Below are positions 11,574-24,937 of a DNA stretch of 64,000 bases, one piece after another (within the stretch, counting starts at the first letter, position 1; the number at the start of each line of letters is the position of its first letter). Source of the stretch: Monocercomonoides exilis PA203. Its lineage: Eukaryota; Protista; Preaxostyla. The stretch lies in NCBI GenBank assembly GCA_001643675.2, contig LSRY02000010.1, positions 1,860,001 through 1,924,000 of the forward strand, read 5' to 3'. Under the pieces are notes generated by a model that was not told the origin of the DNA, ran no database searches, and worked only from the letters and a program-made list of their open reading frames with translations. The position numbers and the translations under genes were made by a program.

Positions 11574-13335
11574 TAAAATAGAACCACTCCGCTTCATATA
11601 AAATCATACGAATTGAGTGCAAGCATTTCGCAACAGTCAAAAGTGTCATTTGCAATTGCTTCATATTTTCTGTGACGTCACACGCTGTCAAAGGGACCCC
11701 TCTCCCACGAGCTTCGTAGCTGTCAGCATCTTCGAGAACATCTGAGTCAGAATCGTCTTCTTCGTTATCATTATCATCATCTTCTTCTTCTTCTTCCTCC
11801 TCTTCTTTTGCTTCCTCTTGTTCGCTCTCTTTCTTTTCATTCTTTTTCCCAGATATTTTTCTAACCTCTTTCCCTCTTTTCTTCCTTGCCGCTTGCTTCA
11901 CTTTTTCCATTTCTTTCATTCTCATTTCTTTCTCTTTCTGAGCTTTTTCATCCAACTCTTTTGTTTTCTGCGTGAGATACTCTTCTTCAGCCCCATCTGG
12001 CAATATCAGCCCTTCTGACAGTATTGAAAGCATCGTTTCTGGGAGTACCGGCCAATCCAATCGATTTTCTAGCATCTGAAAGACGCAGACTGCTTCAAGG
12101 CGAACAGAAAAGGGCAAAGTTGGTTTCTTTTCCTTTTCGGATGCTTTTGATGAGTCACCTGTCTTTAACTCGTCTGGCTTATCAGAATCAGCTTCAGCTG
12201 GCTTTCCAACTTTCTTCGATTTCGCTGAGTGTTCTGCATTTTGCTTTCGCTTATTGTTGTTCGAAAGCTTCCCTTTTTGCTTTGCTTGTGAGGAGCTCTC
12301 CTTCTTTGAATGGATTTTATTCTCAAAAGTTGCTTTCTTCTCATCACTTTCATCGTCAGCAGTGAAAAATTCTTTAATAAGTTCTTCTTCTTCAGTTCCT
12401 GCCATGATTGCATCAAAAAATTTTCGCTTATTTGAAACATATCGCTGATAGCAATCATTCCGTTGATACATTCCTAAAATGATCTCGAGAATGACAAAAC
12501 GAAAGTTATTCAACCATGAACGTTCATTGGAGCAGAAATAAATCTTGCTGTGCCATCGTTTATCAAATACAACAGCGTGCGTAAGAGCTTCGATTGCAGC
12601 ATGAATGCCTTCTGGGATATCGCATCTGATAAGAATTTTTCGTATTCCTTCAAACAGCCCCTGTTTCATGATTGGTGCAAATTCATTAGAGTTGATAATC
12701 CTCATCAAATGAAATAGGATTTTGCACAAAACGATCAAAGTCTCGTCACTCTCTGAAGCATTAATCTGGGTTACTATTAATGGAATCAACTTTTCATCCA
12801 AAATAATATCGTGAAGCAAAGGAGATAGTGAATAATATGAAACTCCAACAATTCTTTTTGAAGAAAGGTTGACATGAAACTCTAATTTTTCACTTGGATT
12901 TACTGCAACTTTTCTCGCTTTTAAAGAACGAAAATCTTCGGAAAATGATTCAGGGTTCAAAATAATCTCCAAAATAGATCCAAAGCTTCTCACTTCTTCT
13001 TCGGAATTTGTCATAGAAAAAACTATGTTTCCGGCTCTTATCAAAGAATCTAATATCCTTGCTGGAATCACATCTATTTTCCCTTTGAAATTAAGAATTA
13101 TATCCTTAATTTCTTGTAAATGTTCTTTTAAATGTTGCGATTTCAAAAATTTGGGGCTGAAACAAAACGTTCAAATAAACAAGAAAAAAATTAACAATAT
13201 GTTTCAAACGTTAATTGTTCAACCAACTCTTCTAATCTATCAATCACTTTGAAAAGACATGTTTCAAAAAAAGGAAATTCGGTCAAATGAATTTTTAATA
13301 ACACTTATAAATCAAACATGGACCCTTTTCTTCAT
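9660..13335 (-). CDS. Hypothetical helical (ARM/HEAT-like) protein with charged insertions, multi-exon; start codon uncertain
   Basis: Long ORFs 11311-13146 and 9802-11199 are joined by GT-AG introns. A short last exon (...HSQIHAIDSQLLYLASCHELA*) ends with TGA at 9660-9662. Amphipathic helical pattern, no recognisable catalytic motif. Confidence 0.6.
11476..11573. repeat. (AG)/(AGAT)/(AAAG) compound microsatellite, intronic
   Basis: Directly visible. It produces the spurious SLSLSL tail of ORF 11311-13146. Confidence 0.85.
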
Positions 13336-13907
13336 GTACTTTGTATCCCTTGAATTTCGTATTTTTTTAATGAAATTTTCAAAGTCAAGAACGATGAAAA
13401 CAAATAATTGATATTATCATTCACATATACGGAAAAAATGCAAAACTGTTTTTGTGGGACAGCAAAACTATAACAATTCAAACTCCTGTAGCTATTTTTA
13501 TTATTTGACTCTTCTTTAATTTTTCGGATAATTTTGACATTGAAACAAAATTTTTTGTTTATGGGGATTTTATTTCTTAAGGTTTTCTTTGTGAAAATGC
13601 TTTTTTCTTTTCTTTAGTGAATGAACTATTGTAATGACTAAAAAATAGGAAAATGTGACAAATTAAAAAAATTTAAAAAGCTCAATTTCTCATTAAAAAA
13701 ATTTATTCTTTCTTAAACAAGTTTGAAAAACATTTCCAAAAAGTCATCAGCAAATGTGAAGAGTAATGGCCAATGCATCGTGCGCATTCTCAATACAGAA
13801 AGTATAATTCTTAAAAATTTTCAAAGTCATTATGAATATTTATCATCTCAACGAAAAGCATCATGCAAATATTTGCCTAAAACTATTCAATCTAACAAGA
13901 AATTGTT

Positions 13908-14610
13908 TCATGTTCCTGTTTCAGACGGTGAACCCTTCGATTGCAATGGCTCGTCCGAAGACGGCTGGGCCTCCTGCGATTCTTCAGATGGCTGGGGAGG
14001 AGTCGGCGGTGGTGGTTCAGAGATTGGCTTGGAGCCGATCCAGTGCATGCAGTCAGCAGCAAGTGTGGCGATTGTGTGGCTGGTGCGATGGAACCGCTGC
14101 TCAACAATGTTCAACGCTTTGACAACACGCTCGTCTTTCAGCTTCGGAGAAATTGTGGCTGTTAAGAGGGGGAGGGGGGGAGGGGGGGTAAATAAATAAA
14201 TAAATAAATAAAATAGGAATGTTTGGTTATTTCGGAAATCATATTTGATTATATAAAATTCGAATTATAATTTATTTATTTATTTATTTATTATATTATA
14301 TTATATTATATTTTAAATTCAACAGAAGAAAATACACACGTGCTGAAAGGATGCGATGGAGTGCTTCTAAACTGACAAGAATGATTGACTTGCAGTTCTT
14401 CAGGTAATACACCATCGACCTGACAATCTGTTTGAAGCTGTCTTTTTGCACTAATTCGACTTGCCACGTGGCTGATAGATGCCAAACAAAACAAAGAGGG
14501 GGAAAAAAAATAATAAGGAAAAGATAAATGATTCAGAATAAGAGGTTTCAAGGAATCATTTCAAGAGATTCAAAAATAATCAGATCCAACAAATAAATAA
14601 AGAACAAGAA

Positions 14611-14666
<56 letters not shown>

Positions 14667-14902
14667 ATAAGTTAATATAAAGATGAAGAGCAGCAAGAAC
14701 AAAGGAACATACAATCGATGCTGAGGTTTCTCAAGACGAGCGAGGCGTATCGGATGACCACCCAGTTTCTTTCCATGTAGCGAGCCATCACACTCGGAAT
14801 GACCAAAGAGGCATTCGAACGGAGAAAAGGCTCAAATGACATGGCTGTGGCGAATGAAAGAGTCGGAATGGGATTAAATGTTGGATGAATGTTATTTTGA
14901 AA

Positions 14903-14962
<60 letters not shown>

Positions 14963-15573
14963 GATAATAATGATAATAATGATAATAATGATAATAATTG
15001 GAATATTTCATTCATGAAGCAAAAACAAAGCAATAAAAAGAGAAAGCAAAGTCTTTTCAGATCAGAAAGAGAGAAGATATAGAAAATGCACACGGTTGAG
15101 TGAAATTTTCGCTAAAGTCGATAAAATTAGGCAGACAATAGTTTTGTCTGTGTATTGGAAGTTGAGGAGCGTCATAAGTGCTTCAACACCGCTATTCTCA
15201 ATGATTGAAGGCACACAAACATCTGAAAAAAAGAAAAGAAAATACAAAGATGTATTTGTTTGTTCAGAAAAAAAAAGTTGTTTCAAAAGCATTCAAAAAT
15301 TAGAAACATTGTTTAATTCAAAATTTTTAGTGAATGAAAAATGAACCAAATAAATAAGCAAACCATAGAGAGATGCTTCTTTGTAAGCAGAGGCCAATAT
15401 TCTGAGGGTGATTCTGTGGTCTTCGTCGCCCAGTGTTCGCGCTGCCCTGGAAAGTGCTCTTGCCACATTCGACGAGATAAAGCGCTTGATATGATCGCCT
15501 AATACATTCATTCATTCATTCATATATACAGCAGCCATCATATCCAAAAATACAATGAATTATTTCAATAATC

Positions 15574-15637
<64 letters not shown>

Positions 15638-17294
15638 ACAAGTGTCTAATAAAAGCATTCAATGATCACAAAACAAAACCGTTGTAGATGAGAGAGGCCA
15701 GAGCGATGCACCCGTCTCTCACCAGCGCCGAGTTGTAGGCGAAGTTCTCGATGCACTTGGCGATGATCTCGTCAGCCCCGTTTGACCGGCACGACTGTCT
15801 GCACTCCGCCGAGCTCGACATCACCGCCAGCGTCACAAACGCGAACTGCACAATTGCCAAGTTCCCGGTCGTATGCTTGGTGATCGTCCGCCCCAAATAC
15901 GCTGCCAGCTTCTGCTGTTCGGCTTCTATGCGGGCGCGCTTGAAGGGCATCAGCTTGCGGAGGCAGCGGCAGATTTCGAGCGCAGCCTTCTCGTCGTTGA
16001 AGTTGTGGTGAAGGATTTTCGTGAGAATGGCTGTGATGCTTCCTTCCAGCAGTCTGCGACATACTGCAGCTGTTTGCCGGAACAATATGAAAAATGTAGC
16101 ATTTCCGTTTAAATAAAACGCAAATAATGAAAATTCAATTTTTTTAAAAGAAGCTTTGAAGTGGGAAAAGTAGATATCACTTAATAAACAAACCATTATC
16201 AATTAAGCATGCAAGCACGGCAGCCCCATTGCAAGCCACTTGCGCTTCTTTTGCAAACATGTTCATCGCTTTTACCACTTCGACAGGACCATCCAAGCGA
16301 ATGATTTGATTCATGAGTACATCTTTATAATATCATAAAGCAATTGCAGCAAGATAAATCCAGATGTTTAAATTTCAAAGAAGTTGAAGCACTTATTAGT
16401 TAAAAAGGAAATCTCAAACCGTTTGCGCAGCACAATTTCAGTATATTTAGGTTTGCAACTGCAAAATCCTTATCTCTTGTAAATGTATTGATTTGAGGAA
16501 TAATATTGTGTAAGAGATGATCAGTCTCCAATAAAATGCGAATATCATCTAAAAAATAAAATTTGCGTTTCAAATAGAATTGCATTGCACTTAACTCATA
16601 CCATATTCTAGAAGAATAATTAGGATATTGAGAATTTGGTTAACGAAGAGGATTTCTTTTGCAGATTGTTGAGCAACGACTCTTAATAAAATGTTCATAA
16701 CTTTATTGTTCACAAGTGTCATTAAGTTTTTGGCTGAAAATTTAAGTTATCGCAAAACGAATCAATTGAATTAATAACCGTTATTCAAAAAAAAATTCTT
16801 TCGATATCAAACGTCTTCGAGCAAGAATTGAAATAATATCTCCAAGAAGATGAATTGTTGATGTATCAGTTGTTGTTCTGTACAAACATATGTTTTGAAA
16901 ATCTGAAAACCACTGGTGGAAAATAAATAAATATGCAAACTGAAACGTCTCCAGCGTCAATTTAATTAATTCTTCATCGTCTAATTCATCGCTGTATGCA
17001 ATGATAAGTGGATTATCGTATCGAACAATTAAAATTTTTGCCTTGGCGTTTAGTCGATTGTAATCTCTTCTTCTCAAGCACACTTTCAATGTTTCCACAA
17101 TATCATCTTCATGTAATTATATGATTTTTAATATTTCATGTTTATGTGAGCAAACCGTCATCTGCACCCAACTCAAATAACGACATTACGGAAAGATTGA
17201 ATCATACAAATATCACAAAAATTATGTTATGGCCGAAAAGAACGAATAGACGGATTGTGAATCGAAGATCATTTACTGAAAAATTATTAATCAT
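13908..17294 (-). CDS. Armadillo-repeat protein, many small exons
   Basis: Several exon-sized ORFs carry ARM-type helices (AALEICRCLRKL, IVQFAFVTLAVMS, LVRDGCIALASL, GVEALMTLL, YASLVLRNLS), separated by GT-AG introns. A Pro/Ser tail ends at 13908. The 5' exon assignment is tentative. Confidence 0.65.
14609..14665. repeat. (AAAG)n microsatellite, intronic
   Basis: Directly visible tandem GAAA units. Confidence 0.9.
14900..14997. repeat. (AAAT)n followed by (ATAATAATG)n, intronic
   Basis: Directly visible. Confidence 0.9.
15579..15636. repeat. 58-nt poly-A run (poly-T on the gene's sense strand), intronic
   Basis: Directly visible. Confidence 0.9.
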
Positions 17295-17749
17295 GAATTT
17301 ATAAAATGAAAAAAATGATGATCGAATGTATAATTATGTTTTTTGGATTAGAAAGTCATTTTTCTTTTGTAATTTTGGATAACTGGTTTTATTATGAGTG
17401 TTGCGTATATAGCCTTAATGGTTCTTTGTGGTTTAAAAGCAGTATGATTCTATATTAATGATTTGGAGAAATTTAAATTACTATTTCTATTTGGATAATT
17501 TTGGTTCCAATTGAAGGATGAAATCGCAAAAACATCATTTAAAAATGAAACAAATACAAATAATATATATTATTATCTTGAAAATTTTGAAGGTTTTATT
17601 TTATAAATTACTTTACTTGTAAATCTGTTAAAACAATATAATCATTGCTTAGCGTTAAAAATTAGAGAAGATATCAGTCGTTTCGAAGTAAATTGCAATA
17701 GAACATGTGCAAGCATTAAAATTTCAAATTCAAGCTTGAAATTGAGTCA

Positions 17750-20700
17750 TTGCAATTGATGCCAGCTTTCAAAAAAAGTATTTGCAATGTTGAAAATATT
17801 TCTTTTCTCTTTGTAAATTCATGCGTGTTCATTTCATCGCACAATAAATTTGGCATTTCATTATCTTCTCCTTCTGATGTTGGAGGCAACAATGTTGCTC
17901 TTTTTAATATCAGCTTGATATCAAATTCATCGAATCGTTGTGTTGGTGCTATCATCCATACTTCCAAGCCTCATTTTCTATATATGTTTCGATCAATTGT
18001 TTATGTTGCATTTTCCAAATTTTCTTCGTTGGTATGTGAATCTAGTTCGCTTATCGGAAGTCAAAGCCATGGTTTTGTTTTCTTGGAATACTCGATTTTT
18101 GCAAACATATCATCATCCAATACACTTCAAACAACTTCATCTATTGATAGCGAAAACTTCAGCACACTCATTAGCAGCTGCTCGTTTCTGTCAGTCTGTA
18201 ATGTGGTTGATGGTGGAATTGCCCCTTCTTTGAACAACCCTTTATCTTCTTTGTCTGTCTCAAACACCTCGTTTATTGGATGTTGCAGAACAAGAAACGT
18301 TGAATGCACTGAAACTGCAGATAATAAATTAAAGCCAGGCAGACAGAACACAACAGCCAATGGAGCAAACTCATTCATTTGGTGCGAATGGGATGGGTCG
18401 AAGACAACAGGAACAGAAAATTCATATGCTGATGGAGCGTCAAGCGGAGGGGCTATTTGCATGTACAGTCAGACGTCGGCATCTGTGTCTGTTTCGCATT
18501 GTGTGTTCAATGGATGCATTGCATACAGCCGGGGCGGGGGAATAATGTGTTATAATATAAAATCCGTTGAGGTTGTGAACAATTCATTCAATGCATGCAC
18601 AGCTCAGAATTTCTATGGAGGAGGGTTGTATGTTTATTTGATTTCAACATGTGTTCGGATCAGCGGATGTGAATTTCAGAATTGCAAAGCAAGCGCTGAA
18701 GGAGGAGGTTTGAGATTGGATAATTTTCAGGTTTTAGGATCAGGATGCATTCCAACAGAAAATGGAGGAGGGGAGAGTGCGTGTGTGTTTGACTGCAATG
18801 CCACTTCATGCTCACTCACGAACAACTGGGGTGGAGGCATGTTTTGTCGTGGTGTTCCTGAACAATTTAAAATGAGGAGCGTTCAGTTCATTTCATGCAA
18901 TGCGTTGACAAGAGGAGGTTGGTTACAACTTGAGCCAGCAAAAAAAACTTCTCCAAATGAAACGACTTATTGTTATTTCCTCTTCTTCCATGGATGCAAA
19001 TGTTTTGAAAGCACTCCATATGGTCATGATTTGATTTTCATGGATAATTACAATGTCTTTTTGAATTCAGATAATCCGTTCTATGAATGTTACGCCACAA
19101 ACACCGACAATCAGAGAGTGTGCTATGTGTATAATTATGCAAGTACAAGTGTTTGGACATTTCAGCACACAGAAAAAAAGTTGTGGCTAAAGAGAGGGAT
19201 CCTCAATCGATTTGTGGCTGTGAACGGTGGTGATAAAGAAGAGTTTTGCGGTGTGAATGAATCGCATGCATGCAGAACCATTGGTATTGCAGTCAGTAAA
19301 AGTTTGATGCAGATGATCTTTTCGATAATACTGATGGAAGGGAAGCATGAGAGTGAAGGAACAACAATCAGCATTGGAGAAAAGAAGGTTTCCATTCTTG
19401 GAAGAGGAAAGACGGTGAGTGTGATTGGGACAAATTCTCTTTCTTCGTCTTCGATAGCGCTGTTTAGCATATCTTCTGGTCAACTGGGTGGAACATGTGG
19501 GGATCGACCACAACGCAGCAAGGAGTCCATCGCCGAGTGTGTTTGTGGTGTTTATGGGGAGCGGGACTCTTTCGCTGGAGGATGTGGTGATCGACTCTAC
19601 GATATCAGGAGGGAATGGAATCTCGTCATCAGTGTTTGAAGTGGCGCTGTGGCAGCTGAAGATGATTGATGTGGAGATCAAAAATATGAAAATAGCACAG
19701 CCTCTTTTCGTTGAACCATCTTCAGCAGGATTTTCATCAGGAGAGAGTTAGCTGGGTAATGTGACAATTCGGAATGTGAATGGGTGCAGTTGTGTTGGAG
19801 GAAAGGGAGGAGGAATATATGTTAGATTGAAGGGAAATGGGAAAGTGGTTGTGAGTGGAACGAGTGTGATTGATGGGAATAAGGCAGAGAATAATGAAGG
19901 GAGAGGAGGAGGGATGTTTGTGTTGATGGAGAGTGGAGGATGTGAATTGACAATTGGGCAGAATGTTGAGTTTTCGAAAGTGAATGAGAATGTGGCAGAA
20001 TATGGGAAGGATGTGTTTGTTGATTGTGGGAGCGGAGTGTTTTTGGAGTCAAAAGTAAATACCAGCTCGTTTGCATTTTTTGACACAAGAATAATTCCAT
20101 CAGACGTGTTTCAGTTGAGTGGGAGTGAAAATGGGGAAGAAAGTGAAGTGATTCCACTGTTTGTGTATTTGTGCTTAATGGGGGTAAAGGTGATTGTTGA
20201 TGGGAGTGGAGGAAATGGGAAGGATCACAACCATTGTGGATTTGAAGGGTTTGGCTGTTTGACAGTTGACTATTGTGCGAACTCAAGAATGAGCAGCACT
20301 GTAAATGAAATTGAGGTAGTCTCATCTTCGTCAATAATCAAAGAAATAGCAGGACCCTTATTTGGTGTGAAAATTTCAGCCGGAATAGCATCATCAGAGG
20401 GGGAGAGGATGAGAGTGAATGTGAGTGATGGAGGATCAGCCACACAAGACTGGATTGTTGGATGTTCGAGTTCACTAACAATGAGCCGACTTTCATTTGT
20501 TGTGAAAGGTCAGCTGAATTCAAGGAGAAGTGCATTCATTCATTCAACATCAACACTCAGTATGACGAACTGTTCAGTCTCATTTGAGAGTGAGGCATTG
20601 ACCAATGGAAAGATAGGATATAATGTGATAAACATTGAGGGAGGGAATCTGATTGTTGATGGATTTGTGATGGAAAGTTCAGTGACAATGAATCGGAAAT

Positions 20701-23700
20701 CGCCAATCACAATGACAAGTGGAGCTCAATTGGAGATTTTGAACACCAGAGTGAGTGGAGTGGAAATGGCAGGTGGAATTGGAGGAGGATGTTTGAATGT
20801 TGGGATGAAGGAAGGAGGAGATATAATTTTAGAAGAAAGCAATATATCCTCGACATGTTCAGGTGGAAGTGGAATGAAAGGGGGAGGGATGATGATATCA
20901 GTTGGAAGTGGAGGAACATTGAGAGTGAAAGGAGTGAAATTATCAGGATGTGCTGTTCCATCAGAGGATATTGAGAATGGAGGGAGAGGAATGGGGGGAG
21001 GGATGTTTGCTGAACTTGCCGATCAAATGGGAAGGTTTTCATTAGAGAGCATGGCATTTTGTGAGTGTAACGCATGGAAAGGGAAGAATATGTTTGTTTC
21101 TGGATGGGATCTGAGTGAGATTGTGAACAAGGAGCACTTGAAATGGGAAATGATTTCAGAGGAGTTGGGATCATTGGATAAGTTATGTGGATGGGAGAGA
21201 AAGACAACAGGGGGAAATGGATATGTGATTCCGCTTGTTATGTATTTGTGGGATAATTGGGTGGGAATGGGTTTGTTTCGAAAGAGGCAGGAGGAGACTT
21301 CAGTGGATGTGGGTATTCAGAAGCACCATGCTCATCAGTTGATCATCTGATTTCACTGCGATATGCAACACTTGGGGAAGGTGACTCAAGCATCCACATT
21401 GTTGGGTCAGGATTGCTTCAAAAATCAATGTCTTTGCAATCATCATCGTTATCAATAACTCATATTGTATCTGTCGAGGGGAGAGAGAAATGAACAGTTC
21501 TGAATGTGAGAGAAATGGATGATGAGGGTATTGGAGAGTCGATGATAACATCGAATGTTTCTCTTTCGTTCTTTAACCTGTCATTTTCTCTTCCAAATGA
21601 ATTGGGGAAGCATTTATCATTTGTCCAATCATTATCCTCCTCTTCTGCAACACTTTCAATCAAGATGTGTTCTTTTGTTTGTGAGGATTCAACAAAGGAA
21701 ATGAAGTATTGTTTGATGAAAGCGGATGGAGGAAGTGTTTTGATTGAGGATTGTTCTCTTTCTCAGTTCGTGCTGGCAAAAGGGTTTTTGGAGTTTGCTC
21801 CAGAAGTGGATGTGATTGATGTGGTGAATCTTACGATATCGAGCACATCCATATCTGAAAAGAGTCTGATTTCACTGGGAGAGGAAGCACGTGTCAGCAG
21901 ATGGAATAAGAATGAACTACGAAATCCAAAGACGATGATGAGGATGAACAGCTCAATATTCACAAACGTCACATGCGAAGGGCAACCCATGCATTGTGAA
22001 TATGGATTCGTTTTCAGTTGGTGTGGAATGTGCAATGGAAGGGTGTGTGCTGACGAAGTGCATGAGCGAGATGAGCGAGGAAGGTGGAGGAGTGAAGATG
22101 TGTCTAAAGAGTAGAGAATCAGATCTGAAAGTGAGTGGATGCTCATTTGTGATGTGCATGTGTTTAACCGAAAATGGGAGAGGAGGAGGCATGATGATTG
22201 ATGCACTTGACCCGAATGTTGAATACACTGATACAAAAATATCACCACTTCGGCTGAGATTAGAAAACATCCTATTTGTGATGAATGAGGCATTTGTGGG
22301 GAAGGATGTGTTCATCAACTGTTATTCGATTGCCTCGCAAGTGAATGAAACGCTGTTTGTTCTGGATTTAAACCAGGATGCTTTGAAGTCGAACAACTCA
22401 ATATGCGGGAGGGATGATGCCGATAATGTTGATGTTGATCTTATTGCACTGATTACATTTTATTACTCTGCTCAGGTGTTTTTGAGCGCGAGTGGAAGTG
22501 ACAGCAGACGGTGTGGAGCACAGAATAATCCATGTCAGAGCGTTTGCTGTGGTTTAAAACACGTTGAAAACAGTCTTTTAAAAGTGCTATGGATTGATGA
22601 AGAATGTTTGATTGGGGGAGAATGCGAGATTGGAGATCTGAGAATAACTTCAATTGCCAGGGAAGCAGCAACAATTCATTTCAATGCAAGGATTGAAGAA
22701 ACATGAAGTAAAGAATGTGTAATTGCATTTGTGAATGAGTGTGTTGTGGAAAGATGCTCATTTGAGTTTGGAGGTGAGTTTGAGGCAAGTCACAAGTTCA
22801 TTTTGAAAGTGAAAAATGGCTCAATGGAGATGCGAAGTTGCGAGTTTATTTCGTCTGCTGTTGAGCTGAAGTTGGGCAACACGATTGTGAGTGTGGAAAG
22901 TGGAGAATTGAAAATGTGGGAAATGGAATTCAGCTGTTTGCATCTGAGAGCACCATTGATTGTGTTGTGTGAAGATTCGAATGTGTTGATGCTTAAAACA
23001 AACATTTCAGAAATAATATGTGAAGGAGATGTGATTTGCATTGGGAGAAAGTCAGAGGTTGAGATGGTGATACTTGAAGGAGCAAATGTATCTGTTTGTT
23101 ACGCTGGAAGTGTAGTGAAGATATATGGAGCTGAAAATAGTGTCAGATTGCAAAACTGTTCTTTTGCTAAATGCAAGAATCCAAACAAGAGAGGGAAAAT
23201 CATGGAGGCTTGCGAATGCGCGGATGTGAAGATTGGTTCAAACATATTTAAAGGAGAAGAAGGTGAGCAAGAAGGTGAGCTTTTGAATAAGATGAATGGA
23301 AGGGAAGAAGAGTTGTGCAGATGGAATGGATCTCTCATGGATGTTGTGAAGAGTTCTGTGATGATGAAAGAAACAACAATCTGGAATTCACCAGAAGGTG
23401 GAATAACAATGAGTGGAGGAAATATCATAATTGTGAAAGGAGAGTTCATCAGCAACAATCCATCAATTGAGGGATATTCATCACTTCGAAGAAATATCAT
23501 CTGTTCAGATTCTGGAACATTGAATTTGATATGTTTAAAAGGAGGAGATGGATTGAAGGATAATACGTCACTTTGGATGTTGAATGGTGGATGTGATTTG
23601 AGAGGGATAGCAGGAGAGGAGTCTCAGCATTCTTCATTCCAGTTCTGAAAGAAGTGAAGAATGCTTCTATTTCGAGCGAGAGCATGAGCATGACTCTGAT

Positions 23701-24937
23701 TGAACAGCTGCTTCTTCCATGCGATTTGTTATTAAAAGTGTTTTTCAAAAGTGAGATTGATGAGCTGACTGAGAAACTAGAGATTGACGAAGATGAGTTT
23801 TTGAATGAGAATGAAATTCAGACAATTATTTCATCAGTACAACTGGCAAATGCGGGAGAAGAGACAGAAATATCGATTTGCATTCTTTATGGGGAAAGTA
23901 ATTCATTATCATCTACCGAGACTTTCATCATAAAAAGCAAAAATGAATCAAAATTAAAAATTGAATCTGCCGAGGAGGGAAAAAGAAAGTATGAGTGGTA
24001 TTTTGTTGCATTCATTGTGTGTGCTGTTTTTATTGTCGGAATTGTACTTGTATTAGCTTTTATAACTTTTCTTTTCCGAAAAAAGCAAATTGAAACTGAA
24101 AAGAAAACTGAAAATTCAGATTCAGAGCATTTGAAAATAATGGAAGAGATTGAAAATAGAAGTGAAGAGGATAATCGAACCTTTGCGACAAATGAAATAC
24201 AATTTGATTTATTTGAATGAATGAAAAGTTGCAAATCTCCAATCGAGGAGGGAAATGAAGCATCCCAATCAATTAAGATAGATGAAAATGCAGTTGAAAG
24301 TTTAATGAGTGCTAACGAACTGAATAATACAAAGGCTAATGAATTAACGGAATTGAATGTAATTTCTCCATTTACTGTGATGAATGAAGACTTTGAAAGA
24401 TTCTCTGATGGGAATGCATTTGATGATGCAAAAAAGCAAAAAAACAAAAAGAAAGGGAAAAATGGAATTAGAAAAAGGAGGAAAAAATGCTCTTCTGATG
24501 GAATGAGAAATGATAAGTTTGATGAGACTGAAAATAAATCCTTTTTTGCCAATAAAATTAATCAATCTTCGGAAAATTTTGTTGATTGCAATGATAACTT
24601 GCACAATGAACCATTGCCAATGTTTCATGAAACCACATTAACTACGTCAAATCTTCAAAACAACACAAACGGAAATGAAAATAAGAAAAATGATACTTTT
24701 CCTTTTTCAGATAAAGATCTCGTTTTTTCCAATGAAAAAGAAAGTGTTGGAGCAATTATTATAGAATCGGCTGGAACTCTATTTAAGCATTCATCTTCCA
24801 GAAATTTTTTTGAAGAGAAAAAAGTTGAACATGACGATTCGAAAGAATATTATGATCAAGAAGCTTATTTATCTGAAAAGTTAAATGTTGAATTTTTGCA
24901 CAAAATGAAGAAAAAGAAGAAAAAGAAAAAAACATGA
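17750..24937 (+). pseudogene. Disrupted large Cys/Gly-rich beta-helix-like surface protein with a C-terminal transmembrane helix (expanded lineage-specific family)
   Basis: Consecutive ORFs carry GGA(I/L)/GGG(M/L) and CxFxxC repeats and CG...PCxS motifs, and a TM segment WYFVAFIVCAVFIVGIVLVLAFITFLF at ~23995-24075. Frameshifts near 19490, 21258, 21990 and 23640; in-frame stops at 19749, 21491, 22704 and 24218. Confidence 0.75.
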
